Below, piece after piece: positions 36,422 to 49,767 of a stretch of DNA of 64,000 bases. The stretch is from positions 70,618,001-70,682,000 of the forward strand of contig NC_083285.1 of assembly GCF_963506605.1 (NCBI RefSeq), in the 5' to 3' direction. Below the pieces are notes generated by a model. The model was not told where the DNA came from, did not search any database, and saw only the letters and a program-made list of their open reading frames with translations. The position numbers and the translations under genes were made by a program. The stretch's first letter is position 1; every line of letters begins with the position of its first letter. This DNA is from Zootoca vivipara. Taxonomy: Eukaryota.

Positions 36422-36803
36422 AGAACACTCCAGACTCTGGCACAGAAATGTTTGTGTATATATATATTTTTAATGGAACTTGGGAATCCTGATCTGGTGC
36501 ACAAATCACCAACATCTCTTGCCCATTGATTGACAAGAACTCATTTTCCCTATGTAGTTGCCATCAGTTTATTACATTTTAATTGTTGTGTGTATCATCA
36601 TCATAATTTATTATTTGTACCCCGCCCATCTGGCTGGGTTTCCCCAGCCACTTTGGGCGGCTTCCAACAAGAATAAAAATACATTAAAATGTCACACATT
36701 AAAAACTTCCCTGAACATGTCTAAAACACACACGTTTTCAAAAAAATTCAGTGCTCAGCATCACTAACAAATAAGGTCCAGTCCAGTACTGAGACCCACA
36801 ATG

Positions 36804-36838
<35 letters not shown>

Positions 36839-37109
36839 TTGGTTAAGTCATGTGTGAATATATTTGGGGTTTCTTCTATAGTCAAACCCTTGATGGCTAA
36901 TGGCCTTGGATGGTAAGTGGGTATTCCATGTTCCTAGAATTTAACCGCGCCGCTAGTGCTCTCAACCTGTCTTGCTGAGGATGTTGTAATGCAGTAATTT
37001 GATCAATTTTGATTTCTCTGAGTTGCCATTTCTTTGGCAATCTTAAATTCAGCTCTCAACATTTCCACATCAGTTTGCAAGTTTGAGAAAAGTCTTCTTG
37101 GAAATCTGT

Positions 37110-37391
37110 CCTGCTCACTGGAAGGACAGATTGTGAAGCTGAGGCTCCAATACTTTGGCCACCTCATGAGAAGAGAAGAATCCTTGGGAAAGACCCTGAT
37201 GTTGGGAAAGATTGAGGGCACTAGGAGAAGGGGACGACAGAGGACGAGATGGTTGGACAGTGTTCTCGAAGCTACGAACATGAGTTTGACCAAACTGCGG
37301 GAGGCAGTGGAAGACAGGAGTGCCTGGCGTGCTATGGTCCATGGGGTCACGAAGAGTCGGACACGACTAAACGACTAAACAACAACAACAA
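37110..37391 (+). mobile_element. BovB 3' fragment
   Basis: BovB peptide and tail; 58-bp flanking direct repeat. Confidence 0.93.
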
Positions 37392-37954
37392 TTTCAGCTC
37401 TCAACATTTCCACATCAGTTTGCAAGTTTGAGAAAAGTCTTCTTGGAAATTCATCAGGAATTTAGTACAAATCTTTGCAGATATACACATATCTCTATGT
37501 GATTGGCTAATATGCACATTTCTGCAATTTCCCTAATTTAATGCCTTTTGTGTTACTTTCACTAGTACATGACTTTTTATGAACATTTTAATCTAGTCTG
37601 TGCATTTTTTCACACATTCATTGGCTGGAGAACTGCGTTGCAACATTTGCAGAAGTGCAAATTTCAATGGATTGAACTGCATTTCATGTTGCTTCAGGGG
37701 TGCATGTTCAGAATAAGTGGGTTCCCCTTTAAATGCAATCTAGTCAAATTTCTCCCCCATCTCTACCTGGCAGACAATCCAACTTTGTCTGTATGAGTTG
37801 TTTGTGTTGGTGCGTGCGCGCGCGCGCACACACACACACACACATTCTTGGATGCCAGAATCCAAGTTTGGGGCAAGTACTCTTTGTTGAAAGAACCCCA
37901 GCAAATATGTAAAGTTATAAAATATGCAGCAAAGTAAAATACGGAAATATAGGC

Positions 37955-38340
37955 TGTTGTTGTTGTTGTTTAGTCGTTTAGTCGTGTCCGACTCTTCGTG
38001 ACCCCATGGACCAGAGCACGCCAGGCACTCCTGTCTTCCACTGCCTCCCGCAGTTTGGTCAAACTCATGTTCGTAGCTTCGAGAACACTGTCCAACCATC
38101 TTGTCCTCTGTCGTCCCCTTCTCCTAGTGCCCTCAATCTTTCCCAACATCAGAGTCTTTTCCAAGGATTCTTCTCTTCTCATGAGGTGGCCAAAGTATTG
38201 GAGCCTCAGCTTCAGGATCTGTCCTTCCAGTGAGCACTCAGGGCTGATTTCCTTAAGAATGGATAGATTTGATCTTCTTGCAGTCCATGGGACTCTCAAG
38301 AGTCTCCTCCAGCACCATAATTCAAAAGCATCAATTCTTG
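37955..38340 (-). mobile_element. BovB 3' fragment
   Basis: BovB peptide and tail. Confidence 0.93.
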
Positions 38341-39419
38341 GGCATATTTTAAAGGCTGTTAGACCTTTAAAATATGCCCTTCAAAATGAAAAAGGAGAAA
38401 AAGGTGGGATCAATCAATCAATCAGTCAATCAATCAATCAACCAATCAACAGTGGGTCAACAAGAGAGGAGGCGCAAGTAGCCCCGGCACCCTTCCATTT
38501 CTTGACTTATTCTAACACCTACGATAGAACATAAGAAAGCAACTCTCTCCAACATCACTGGAGGAAGGCCAGGTTATTTCTGTTTTGGGTACCATGCTTA
38601 AATGCAGGGGTGTACCTGAGGGTTGGCCAGGTTGGTCTCCGACAAAGGCCCAGGCCCAGGGGGAGCACAAAAATTGTGCCTCTCCACTCTTGCTAGGAGC
38701 CCACCTGCCCACCCGTGCCTTCCCTGGGCTGCTGCTCTGGGCAGCCACCACCTCCTTGCCAAGGGTGCAAGGGAACACGGGGCACCGGCACAGCTCCTCA
38801 GCAAGGGTGCAAGGGAGCCTAGGTCTTCTCTGCTTGGATGCGATTCATAGAGTAAGAATCTGCTTTGAAAGCAGATTTCCACAGTAGGAAAATTCTTAAA
38901 GAAATAGATTAAGGCTAGCAAGCAGGGCATCTTTCAATGGTTATTCTCATGAGGTCCCTGATTGGCTGCTGCACAGACGACCTTCCTTGCCATTGGATGG
39001 AGCTCTACAAAGTTCTGCCCCAAGAGAAGGGCCAGGCAACTCTTGGTTTCTCTCTGTTTCTGTTTTCAATTTAAAATTCAGTTCTTCACATTTCAGTTCT
39101 TCTGGGTTTTTTTTAAAAAAGTCTTCATGAAAATTCACCAGTATGTTAATGCAAATTTCTCCTATGCACATTTTTTTGCATGCAGTATTGATTAATACAC
39201 ACAATTTTGCAAGACAATTCTCACTAAAGAAATGCTTTTTCTATCTCATTTCTGGAAACATATGCCTACTTATCCACGCATTTTTTTTTGCATTCATTCC
39301 CTGACTGGAGAGCCACATCACACACAAAATGGAAAAGTGTGAAATTAAATGAAAGCTAAACTGACTTTCTTCCCCATTTTTAAAGAAGAGCTGGTCCTTT
39401 TTGGTTTGAACAATGCAAT

Positions 39420-39920
39420 TCCCTGACTCCCTTGAGTGTTGCCCAATACCCCTGTCGTCAGCATTTTCTGCCAGTAGAAAAATAAAGCCCAGAGGGAGTG
39501 ATGTCTTTTCCTGGGCTTCTTGATGTTTCTTCCTTTTGTTGCAAATGCATGTTCTTCAGGGGCTGCTCAAACAATAAAAACCTTCTTTCTTGCCGGAGTT
39601 GGGTCCATGGGATGTACAGGCAAGACACAGCCAGGTGTTAGGAGATGAGGTCGTGCTTGAAACACAACCAGAAACGGAGACCTTTTCTTAGGCAGAACAT
39701 GAGTCTGGTCTGTCTCCGCTCCTGGCATGGTGGAAGGTGGAGACCCTGAAATCTACAAACACCCTCAATCGCCCCTCACCTTTTCTGTCCCTCCTGTCTG
39801 ACTCTCCTCCCTGGGTCACCTGGAAGCAGCATCGGCATCTGAATCTGGCTTTCTCCCCACCAATTGTCCGACTCTGCAGCAATCGCCCGAGTCCTTTCAC
39901 CAGGAAGATGGCAGGTGAGA
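39420..39920 (+). promoter_or_regulatory. Putative OR7 promoter and first exon
   Basis: Block TCTTCAGGGGC..AATAAAA..CAG|GTGAGA (39915), shared with 45.9 kb and 54.35 kb. Confidence 0.5.
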
Positions 39921-40507
39921 AGCAGGGAGATATTTGCAGTGGGAGAGGAATTGCTTGCCTGCATGGCCTGGTTTGTTTAAAAGCATGCAAACTGGACATT
40001 GTCTAACAGTGTTCAGGATGTTTGACTCAATATGGGAAACGAGGAAATAATCCAGGCTGGCTGGCTGACAACTGGCTACAAAGCGATTCGATGTTCTGCG
40101 CAGCACAGGGAAGCTTCAAAGTGTTGAGAGTCTTAAGATACCTGCTTGAGTCGGATTCGCTGTGTCTAGAATAGGGATGGGCAAAGCTCTCAGTTTCCAT
40201 TTCTCCACATATCCACATCACCTTGGCAATCACTTTCTTAAAGTGCTCATGAAAATCCACCAGCATTTGAGAGGTGGGATTATTGGTTTGTTGTTCTTAT
40301 TTTTACTGTGTATTCTGTGGTCTTTTATTTTGTGGTTTTATGTTGTCAACCCCCCTGAGATCTGTGGGTGATGGTATACAAATTCTAACAACAACAGCCG
40401 CAACAATTTTAGTGCAAAGTTAGTGCATTATTACTATTATTGCAATTTTGCCAAATGTACACATTTTTGCAAAGGAATTTCCCCCTAATGAACACTTGTT
40501 TGCATGT

Positions 40508-40510
<3 letters not shown>

Positions 40511-40591
<81 letters not shown>
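40511..40591. repeat. Compound (TC)n(TG)n microsatellite
   Basis: Direct reading. Confidence 0.95.
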
Positions 40592-40593
<2 letters not shown>

Positions 40594-40899
40594 ATGTTCG
40601 TGTCCACAGACCCAGTATACACATTTTTGTAGACATTACTTGACAGGGAAGCTGCATTGCAAAATTCAGAGAAGTGTGCAGTTTGCATGCTGTTTCAGAG
40701 AGAGTGTTTTTATGGTTGAGCCTTATTCATCAGCTATAGGTTCAGGACAGACGCCACCACCCCAATGTGCTGCTTATCGCAGTGCATAAGCAATTTATGG
40801 GCTTTGCTGCCTCAAGATGCCACAATGGCTTTACCTTAAACAATTGCAAAAGGAGCTTAGAAGTACGTACATATGCACATGTGGTGGGACTATGTGAGG

Positions 40900-41215
40900 A
40901 TATGATAGCCATGTTCAAACATATAAAAGGATGTCATATAGAGGAGGGAGAAAGGTTGTTTTCTGCTGCTCCAGAGAAGCGGACACGGAGCAATGGATTC
41001 AAACTACAAGAAAGAAGATTCCACCTAAACATTAGGAAGAACTTCCTGACAGTAAGAGCTGTTTGGCAGTGGAATTTGCTACCAAGGAGTGTGGTGGAGT
41101 CTCCTTCTTTGGAGGTCTTTAAGCAGAGGCTTTACAGGCATATGTCAAGAATGCTTTGATGGTGTTTCCTGCTTGACCCTTGTGGTCTCTTCCAATTCTA
41201 TGATTCTATGATTCT
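40900..41215 (+). mobile_element. CR1 3' end
   Basis: CR1 peptide and tail. Confidence 0.92.
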
Positions 41216-41912
41216 AGGATACGAGAATTTTGGGATATAATATACAACTAACTCAAAAAGATCTTTAAAATCTCTTTCCAAAAAAAAAACCCAGAAGCCT
41301 TTTTGTTAGGCATTATGCCCACTGAAATCCAAAAAAACTTTAGAACCATCTTTATGTACGCACCTACAGTGGCTAGAATTTCAGTAGCAAGAAACTGGAA
41401 ATGTGACCCAGTTCCTACAAAGCTTGGCTGGCAGGTGAAGAGGATAGAATACCTGGGACTTGCGAAAATGAACGGGAGAACAAGAGGAAACTCAAACCAG
41501 AAAGTGTGTAAAAAAATGGATAACAGTTAAATAATATCTAAAACAATATCGTGAAAATGCAAATCTCCTGACAAGTCTAGACTGAATCTTGAACATTAAG
41601 GAAAACTATGAATGCAAAAAAAAAAAATTCTGGATATGTAACAGATGTAACAGGAAATGTGTAAAAATGAAGAATATGCAGAAAGCACAAGGAGGTGAAT
41701 TGGAAGTCAAAAGTGTGTGTGATGTCAGACGATGTGTTGTTAGTTAATGTTCAGTTGTCATTGAGATATTGTTCATGTTTGTCTGTGTTGTTATGTGTAA
41801 ATTGTTTTGCAATAAAGTTTTTTTAAAAAAAATCCAGTTACAAAAGCAGCAAACCCAATAAAAAAAAATCCAGAAACAAGCAACCATTTACAATAAATCA
41901 AATTAATGAAGA

Positions 41913-41963
41913 AGGAGGAGGAGGAGGAGGAGGAGGAGGAGGAGGAGGAGGAGGAGGAGGAGG
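41913..41963. repeat. (GGA)n microsatellite
   Basis: Direct reading. Confidence 0.95.
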
Positions 41964-41970
41964 GGAAGTA

Positions 41971-42312
41971 TGTTGTCGTTTAGTCATGTCCGACTCTTGG
42001 TGACCCCATGGACCAGAGCACGCCAGGCACTCCTGTCTTCCACTGCCGCAGTTTGGTCAAACTCATGTTGGTAGCTTCAAGAACACTGTCCAACCATCTC
42101 GTCCTCTGCCATCCCCTTCTCCTAGTGCCCTCAATCTTTCCCAACATCAGGGTCTTTTCCAAGGATTCTTCTCTTCTCATGAGGTGGCCAAAGTATTGGA
42201 GCCTCAACTTCGGGATCTGTCCTTCCAGTGAGCACTCAGGGCTGATTTCCTTCAGAAATCAAGATCTTCTTGCAATCCATGGGACTCAGTCAAGAGTCTC
42301 CTCCAGCACCAT
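41971..42312 (-). mobile_element. BovB 3' fragment
   Basis: BovB peptide. Confidence 0.9.
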
Positions 42313-42456
42313 ATATCAAAGTATATCAAAGACTATTAGCCAGGGTAGTTAAAAGTTAGAGAAACGTTACATGTCACTGAAAAACATCTGCTGGGGAGAA
42401 CTATTGCCTTAGTGTCCCGGTGGTCAACTTATTTGGTGTCATCCAGTTGCCTGCTT

Positions 42457-42812
42457 ATGGTGCTGGAGGAGACTCTTGAGAGTCCCATGGACTGCAAGAA
42501 GATCAAAACTATCCATTCTTCAGGAAATCAGCCCTGAGTGCTCACTGGAAGGACAGATCCTGAAGCTGAGGCTCCAAGACTTTGGCCACCTCATGAGAAG
42601 AGAAGACTCCCTGGAAAAGACCCTGATGTTGGGAAAGATGGAGGGCACAAGGAGAAGGGGACGACAGAGGACGAGATGGTTGGACAGTGTTCTCGAAGCT
42701 ACGAACATGAGTTTGACCAAACTGCGGGAGGCAGTGGAAGACAGGAGTGCCTGGCATGCTCTGGTCCATGGGGTCACGAAGAGTCGGACACAACTAAACG
42801 ACTAAACAACAA
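42457..42812 (+). mobile_element. BovB 3' fragment
   Basis: TSD cagttg(c/a)ctgctt. Confidence 0.93.
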
Positions 42813-43901
42813 CAGTTGACTGCTTTGAGCCCATCTGTTAATTTCCTATATTTTTTTGCCGATATTTCTGTTCCATTCTGCAGTAATCTGCTATTTATTT
42901 ATTTATACAAATCCCCCCTCCAACTACATATTTAAGTGATATTTTTTAATAGGACAAATGACAAGATAGGAGATTCAGACTTAACATTAGGAAGAACTGA
43001 GGACCAGAGCTGTTCAACAGTGGAATTGGACTCTCTCCAAAGATAGTGGACTCTCCAACTTTGGAGGCTTTTAAACAAAGGGTGGATGGCCTCAGGGATG
43101 GATCAGGAATGTGTTAGCTGAGATTCCTGAATTCTAGGTGGTTGGAATGGAGGACCCTAAATATTTACTAGTAATTTCCCAATTCAAATCAAACTTCAAA
43201 TTCTTTTGGCCTCAGTTAAAATGATGACCCTTACAGGTTTCCCCCAAGTTTTTCCCATTGTGGTCTCAGACGATATTTTCAACAACCCTGCAGTTAATGT
43301 TCTTCTTTGTTCATATAAGAAACCTATACAGTAAATCCCAGTTAGGTGGTTGGAGGCAGGGTCCACCGTTTACAGATCTACCATAGCTGTTTGCAAATGC
43401 ATATTAGTTATCTAGGAAAATATGACCTGCATGTCATGACATGTGGATTCAAGAGGTTCTCACTTGGTCGCTCTTGCCTTATTCCCTCACAACGTAAATA
43501 CTGACATCCAGCCCTTTAATCTGTGTTTACATGCAAGTTGTTCATATGTTCCGAGTTTGTACAAGTCTTCAATCCAATCGTAGAAGGGAGCCACATTTTT
43601 ATTTTTCCAATTCATCCGTATCAGTCTTTTTGCTGTCCACTCAAATTGTCCTTTTGTATGGTTCCATGGGCTGGGTATATAATTCAAGGGGATATTTTGC
43701 TTTGTAAATGTAAGGTTGTTCCGTACAGTTCTGTTGATGGTTTCAGTTTCCTTCTGCCATTTTTTTCTTAAAAAAACAAACAAACCCACCAACCTACCTC
43801 TGCCCATGATTTCACATGTGTGTGTTCAGGAACCTGCTTTTGCCTGGATTAATCTCTCTCGCTTCCTGGTTCTCTTCTCAGAGTTGACCTTGATTCAGTC
43901 C

Positions 43902-44855
43902 ATGGAAGGCAGCAATCAGACGCTGGTGGTGACCGAATTCATCTTCCTGGGTTTCTCTGGGGTCCACAAAGGACAGTCCTTCCTCTTCCTCCTCTTCCTG
44001 GCCATCTACGTCTTCACCCTGGTGGGAAATGGGGTGATCTTCACCCTGATCCAGCTGGACTCACGCCTCCACAGTCCCATGTACTTTTTCCTCAGCCATT
44101 TATCCTGCTTGGACGTCTGCTACTCGTCCGTCACCATCCCCAAGATCCTGGTAAACCTCTGGTGCCAGAGACACACCATTTCCTGCAAGCAGTGCATGGC
44201 CCAGATGTTCTTCCTGATGACCTTTGCAGGGACTGAGTGCGCCCTGCTAGCCGCCATGGCCTACGACCGCTATGCCGCCATTTGCCAACCCTTGCGCTAC
44301 GCTCACCTGATGAGCAGGAGGGTGTGTGTCCCTCTGGCTACCACTTCTTGGATCTGGGGCCTCCTGGACTCTGCCATTCACACTGCATTGGCTACCAACT
44401 TGACCTTCTGCGGGGCCAACCAGATCCACCACATCTTCTGCGATGTCCCACCACTGCTGAAAATCGCCTGCAGCGACACCTACGTCAACGAGATGGCCCT
44501 TCATGCGGCAAGCATTTTCGTGGGGATCAGCCCTTTCCTCCTGGTGGTCATCTCGTATATCTTCATTCTGTCGGCCATCCTTCGGATCCGCTCTAATACC
44601 GGCAGGCACAAGGCCTTCTCCACTTGTGCAGCCCACCTAGTGGTGGTCATCATCTACTTTGGGATGGCCAACGTGAACTACAACCGCCCGAGCGCAGGCT
44701 ACTCCTTGGAGATAGACACCCTGGTCTCCACACTCTACTGCATCGTCACCCCCATGCTGAACCCCCTCATCTACAGCCTCCGCAACAAGGAGGTGAAGGA
44801 AGCCCTGAGGAAGGTTCTGGGGCGGCAGAAGAAGGGATATAATTCACCTCACTAA
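43902..44855 (+). CDS. Olfactory receptor OR7, 317 aa
   Basis: ccATGg MEGSNQT start after the acceptor ending at 43881; OR motifs. Confidence 0.96.
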   Translation: MEGSNQTLVVTEFIFLGFSGVHKGQSFLFLLFLAIYVFTLVGNGVIFTLIQLDSRLHSPMYFFLSHLSCLDVCYSSVTIPKILVNLWCQRHTISCKQCMAQMFFLMTFAGTECALLAAMAYDRYAAICQPLRYAHLMSRRVCVPLATTSWIWGLLDSAIHTALATNLTFCGANQIHHIFCDVPPLLKIACSDTYVNEMALHAASIFVGISPFLLVVISYIFILSAILRIRSNTGRHKAFSTCAAHLVVVIIYFGMANVNYNRPSAGYSLEIDTLVSTLYCIVTPMLNPLIYSLRNKEVKEALRKVLGRQKKGYNSPH

Positions 44856-45769
44856 CAAGTGGTGTGGAAATCAGACCACTAGATAATCATTTGAAATGTA
44901 CATTAGCAGCATCGCTCCTTATTCTCTCAGGAGGGTCTCTTTGCCCATCTGTTCCAAGGTGCTCTGCGCATTGTACAAAGTGCAAAATATTGACACGCAG
45001 GTATCATGAAAATCACTTCCTCGGATACACTGAAAATTTGCAAAGATTGCAAGAAGACTTCAACAAGTTATTAAAATAGGTTTGCCCTTTTAAAATCAGC
45101 TTTTCTGGCAGCTGTCTTGCTTTATTTGCAGTTTGCGGTTACACGTGTTTTTGTACATCTTTGTTCTTGCAGCCAGAACAAAATACGAACCAAGCAAATC
45201 CCCCCCCCATCCTTATCCTTAGTTACTTGCACACTTTAACTGATAACTAAAGCAGATTTGACTATATGTTCTGCGTTGTACACCAATGTATAAGCTCCAG
45301 ACAAGACTCTCTATTTTCTGTTTACTGTTAGGTATGTATAAGCTCCTAATCAGTACCCTTCCCATCCCCATCCAGACCTTTTGTTTGTTTATAGCATAAT
45401 TCTGTATTATATGATATTATTTTTTAAAATTAAATGCCTTTAGTATTTTGCAAGCTATCCTGTACGGTTATTTTGATACTCTGTATCTTTTAAAAGCATT
45501 ATTAAAAACACACAATTTCCCCTAAAATGTTCCTCATTTTTTGTATGTTATTTTTATCCATGCTTTACCCTAGTTCAGACATTTTTTCTACACGTTATTT
45601 GGCTGAAGATTTGCATTGCAAGGTTTGGAGATGTGCAAATTGAAAAGGCAGGCTGTGCTTTGATTCCCGTATTGTTTCAGAAAGTGTGAATTAAATGGAG
45701 ATTGGATTGATTTTCTCTTCCCCCCCCCCCCACCCTAACCAAGAGCCTGGTTTGAACACTGATTCCCCA

Positions 45770-46172
45770 ACTCCCTGGGTCCCCACCCTTCACTCACGAC
45801 TCCAAACTTCTCTGCCAATTAAAAGAAAAACCCAGGGGGGAGAGAGAGAGACATCTTTTTCTGGACTCCTTGATTTTTCTTTCTCCTGATGCAAATGTGT
45901 GTTCTTCAGGGGCAGCTCAAGCACTCAGTATAAACCTTATTTCCTGCCAGAGTTGGACCCACACAATACAAGCAGGGTGCATCTTAGTTTTAGGGCATGT
46001 GATTGATGCTTGCAGAGCTGGGGGCCTTTCTTTGGGAAGAACTCCTGCCTGACTCTCCTCACTCGGTTACCTGGAAGAAGCATCAGCATCTAAAATTGAC
46101 TTTCTCCACATCTTTCCAAAGGCAACAGGTGCCACAGCCATTATCCATGCAGCAGGAAGGTGCCAGGTGAGA
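45770..46172 (+). promoter_or_regulatory. Putative OR8 promoter and first exon
   Basis: Same block; TATAAA at 45929; donor at 46167. Confidence 0.5.
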
Positions 46173-47320
46173 AATAAAGGCGTCCGTGAAGTAGCCCTCA
46201 GACCCAGGAAAGGTTTCATTTGCAATGGGGTTGGGGTAGGAATTGCTCGTCTACACACACCAGTCTGATTGAAACCAGGGAAAAAATTTAACTGGTCATT
46301 GTCTAACATCATTCCAGAGATTTAAACCAGAAATCATGCTGGGAAATGGGGAAATAATCCAGGCTGGCTGGTTTAAAACTGAGCACAAAATGATTCATTT
46401 TTCCATGCAGGAAAGCTTTGAAATGCTCACAGTGCTAAGCAATGTGCTTGGGCTGGATTTGCTCTGTCCAGAGGAGGGATGAGCAAATCTCCAAATTTCA
46501 GTTTCGCTCCATTTCTCATTTCGCCACTCTTGAGTTCATTTCTCTACATTTTAACAGCACTTTGGAATCTTTGTTAAGTCCTCATGAAAATTCACCAGCA
46601 TTTTAGTGCAAAGCTCTCCTAGTACAGTATATACACGAGTGTTTGTTGTTGCAATTTAGCAATGCGATTTCCCCTAGTATAATGCATTGTTCCATGTGTT
46701 ACTTGACCAGAGAACTGCATTGCAAAATTCAGGGAAGAGTGAATTTCAAAGGGTGGCTGTTTCAGAAACTTGGAAACTGTGCAAATGAGGTAGGTTTGCC
46801 ATTAAATGCAAATCTAATACACTCCCCATCCCCAACCCAGAGTGATTTTATGCATCAGCCTTATTTATTTATTGCCTGTGGATTCAGGACCATTGCTTGC
46901 CACTCTTCACCCCTCCAAAATAACTGCTTCTCACGGTGGGTTTGGCTACTTGGAGATGCTGTGATTCCCCTACATTAAAAAGCTTTCAATGGGGCTTGGA
47001 GAGATATGGGGAGGAGGGAAAGTCTATCAATGGCTATTAGCCACAGTAGCTAGACTTTAGCCAGAGGTCACGTGGCCCTGAGGAATATCTGTTTTGGAGG
47101 GCTATTGCTCATGTGCTCTGATGGTCAACTTCTCTGGCAGAATCTGAGGACCACTTTGTGAAAGGGGAAGGTTTGCAATTTGTAGATTGCACATATTTTC
47201 TACTGATAATTCTCTTCAATTCTGCAGAAATCTGCAACTTGAAAGAGAAAAAACCTCTCGTAATACGTATTTAACTACGTGCATAACACATCAGGAACAA
47301 TTGGCCAAGATTTACTTCTT

Positions 47321-47581
47321 TTGTTGTTTAGTCGTGTCCGACTCTTTGTGACCCCATGGACCAGAGCACGCCAGGCACTCCTGTCTTCCACTGCCTCCCG
47401 CAGTTTGGTCAGACTCATGTTGGTGGCTTCGAGAATACTGTCCAACCATCTCGTCCTCTGTCGTCCCCTTCTCCTTGTGCCCTCCATCTTTCCCAACATC
47501 AGGGTCTTTTCCAGGGAGTCTTCTCTTCTCATGAGGTGGCCAAAGTCTTGGAGCCTCAGCTTCAGGATCTGTCCTTCCAGT
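47321..47581 (-). mobile_element. BovB 3' fragment
   Basis: BovB peptide and tail. Confidence 0.9.
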
Positions 47582-47921
47582 CAGGGCCGGTGCTAGGGTT
47601 TTTTGCACCCTAGGCGAGATCACCTTCTGGCGCCCCCCCCCCCCCCGACCAATCATATTTCAAACACAGATGTATTATAGGAAGAATGAAAAGCACAGAG
47701 TTTGAAATTGTTTATTTTTAAAAAATTGTGAAAACAAGTCAGAAATCACTTTCAAAAATGTTAAATGTGATGCTGAAATTTACGTCTCTTTAATGTTTCA
47801 ATTTCAAGCAAATCAAAATCTTATTTTACGTGCCTTTTCCTTTGCAAATTTTGTTAACAGTTCCTTCAGGTCAAGTGCTGATGCTTCAGCATGTTCGACT
47901 GATATAGTTGCCAAACCAACT
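47582..47921 (-). mobile_element. hAT transposon end with transposase C-terminus
   Basis: CAGGGCCGG terminus; minus strand reads VGLATISVEHAEASALDLKELLTKFAKEKARKIRF*. Confidence 0.7.
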
Positions 47922-48402
47922 ACTGTATATACGCGAGTATAAGCCGACCCGAATATAAGCCGAGGCACCTCAAAAAACTGGAAAACGTATTGACCCGAGT
48001 ATAAGCCGAGGGTGGGAAATGCAGCAGCTACTGTGTAAATTTCAAAAATAGGTTAAATGGTAGGTTAAATGTTTTTGAATATTTATTTCAAAGAAAAACA
48101 GTAAACTAGCTTAGTTAAATATTGCCAATTTGTGGTTTCAGTGTGGGCAAAAATCGGGAACAATCTGTGTTTTGTGCTTGCAGGAAAAGATTGTTAAGAG
48201 GTTTAAGGTGGATAGAAGCTTTTAGGTTTGTGGGAGCTTATAACCATCAATTCTGTGTGGATGTCTATCTGGACATTTGGATATCTTATATGTTCAAATT
48301 ATGATGGCTATATTGATGGTTACTATATTCTCAGAGTGAGCTTGTGGGTGCGTTTTCTTTTCACTATTGTTTTGTTTTCTCTGTGTTCCTTCCTTTGTTA
48401 AT

Positions 48403-49524
48403 TTGACAAGGTGCCCCATGATATTCTTGTAAAGAAGCTGGCAAAATGCGGGCTAGACAATGCTACCATTCAGTGGATTTGTAACTGGCTGGGTGACCGA
48501 ACCCAAAGGGTGCTCATCAATGGCTCCTCTTCATCCTGGAGAGTAGTGACTAGTGGGGTGCCACAGGGTTCTGTCTTGGGCCCAGTCTTATTCAACATCT
48601 TTATCAATGACTTGGATGATGGGCTTGAGGGCATCCTGAGCAAGTTTGCAGATGACACCAAATTGGGAGGGGTGGCTAATACCCCAGAGGACTGGATCAC
48701 ACTTCAAAATGACCTTAACAGATTAGACAACTGGGCCAAAGCAAACAAGATGAATTTTAACAAGGAGAAATGTAAAGTACTACACTTGGGCAAAAATAAT
48801 AATGAAAGGCACAAATACAGGATGGGTGACACCTGTCTTGAGAGCAGTACATGTGAAAAGGACCTAGGAGTCTTGGTAGACCACAAACTTGACATGAGTC
48901 AGCAGTGTGATGCAGCAGCTAAAAAAGCCAATGCAATTCTGGGCTGCATGAATAGGAGTATAGCATCTAGATCAAGGGAAGTAATAGTACCACTGTATTC
49001 TGCTCTGGTCAGACCTCACCTGGAGTACTGTGTCCAGTTCTGGGCACCACAGGTCAAGAAGGATACTGACAAGCTGGAACGTGTCCAAAAGAGGGCAACC
49101 AAAATGGTGAAAGGGCTGGAAACGATGCCTTATGAGGAACGGCTTAGGGAGCTGGGTATGTTTAGCCTGGAGAAGAGAAGGTTAAGGGGTGATATGATAG
49201 CCATGTTCAAATATATCAAAGGATGTCATATAGAGGAGGGAGAAAGGTTGTTTTCTGCTGCTCCAGAGAAGCGGACACGGAGCAATGGATTCAAACTACA
49301 AGAAAGAAGCTTCCACCTAAACATTAGGAAGAACTTCCTGACAGTAAGAGCTGCTCGACAGTGGAATTTGCTGCCAAGGAGTGTGGTGGAGTCTCTTTCT
49401 TTGAAGGTCTTTAAGCAGAGGCTTGACAGGCATATGTCAAGAATGCTTTGATGGTGTTTCCTGCTTGGCAGGGGGTTGGACTGGATGGCCCTTGTGGTCT
49501 CTTCCAACTCTATGATTCTATGAT
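48403..49524 (+). mobile_element. CR1 LINE, 5'-truncated
   Basis: Open RT frame 48411-49451 and tail. Confidence 0.96.
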
Positions 49525-49767
49525 TATTCCTAAGTGCATAAATGGATCCGGTAGATATTATCTTCCATCATACTGTTCTGTTCCAAAAATGAATCCCCCA
49601 TCAGGGTCTGTGATCCGGTAAGAAAAACAAAATGGTGTTTTGGGGGGCCAAATGATAGCTACTGCTCTGTTTTTATTCTTTGAACAGGCTGAAAACGCTT
49701 CTCTTAATTTTGGACTTCCAAGAAAAATACTACTCTCCATTCCTTATTTGAGACTCTTGTAGCATTT

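Noticed and set aside
43716-43901. N-terminal extensions of the OR7 and OR8 ORFs (also 52447-52626)
   Set aside because: They read through intronic polypyrimidine or microsatellite sequence; good ATGs follow the acceptors.
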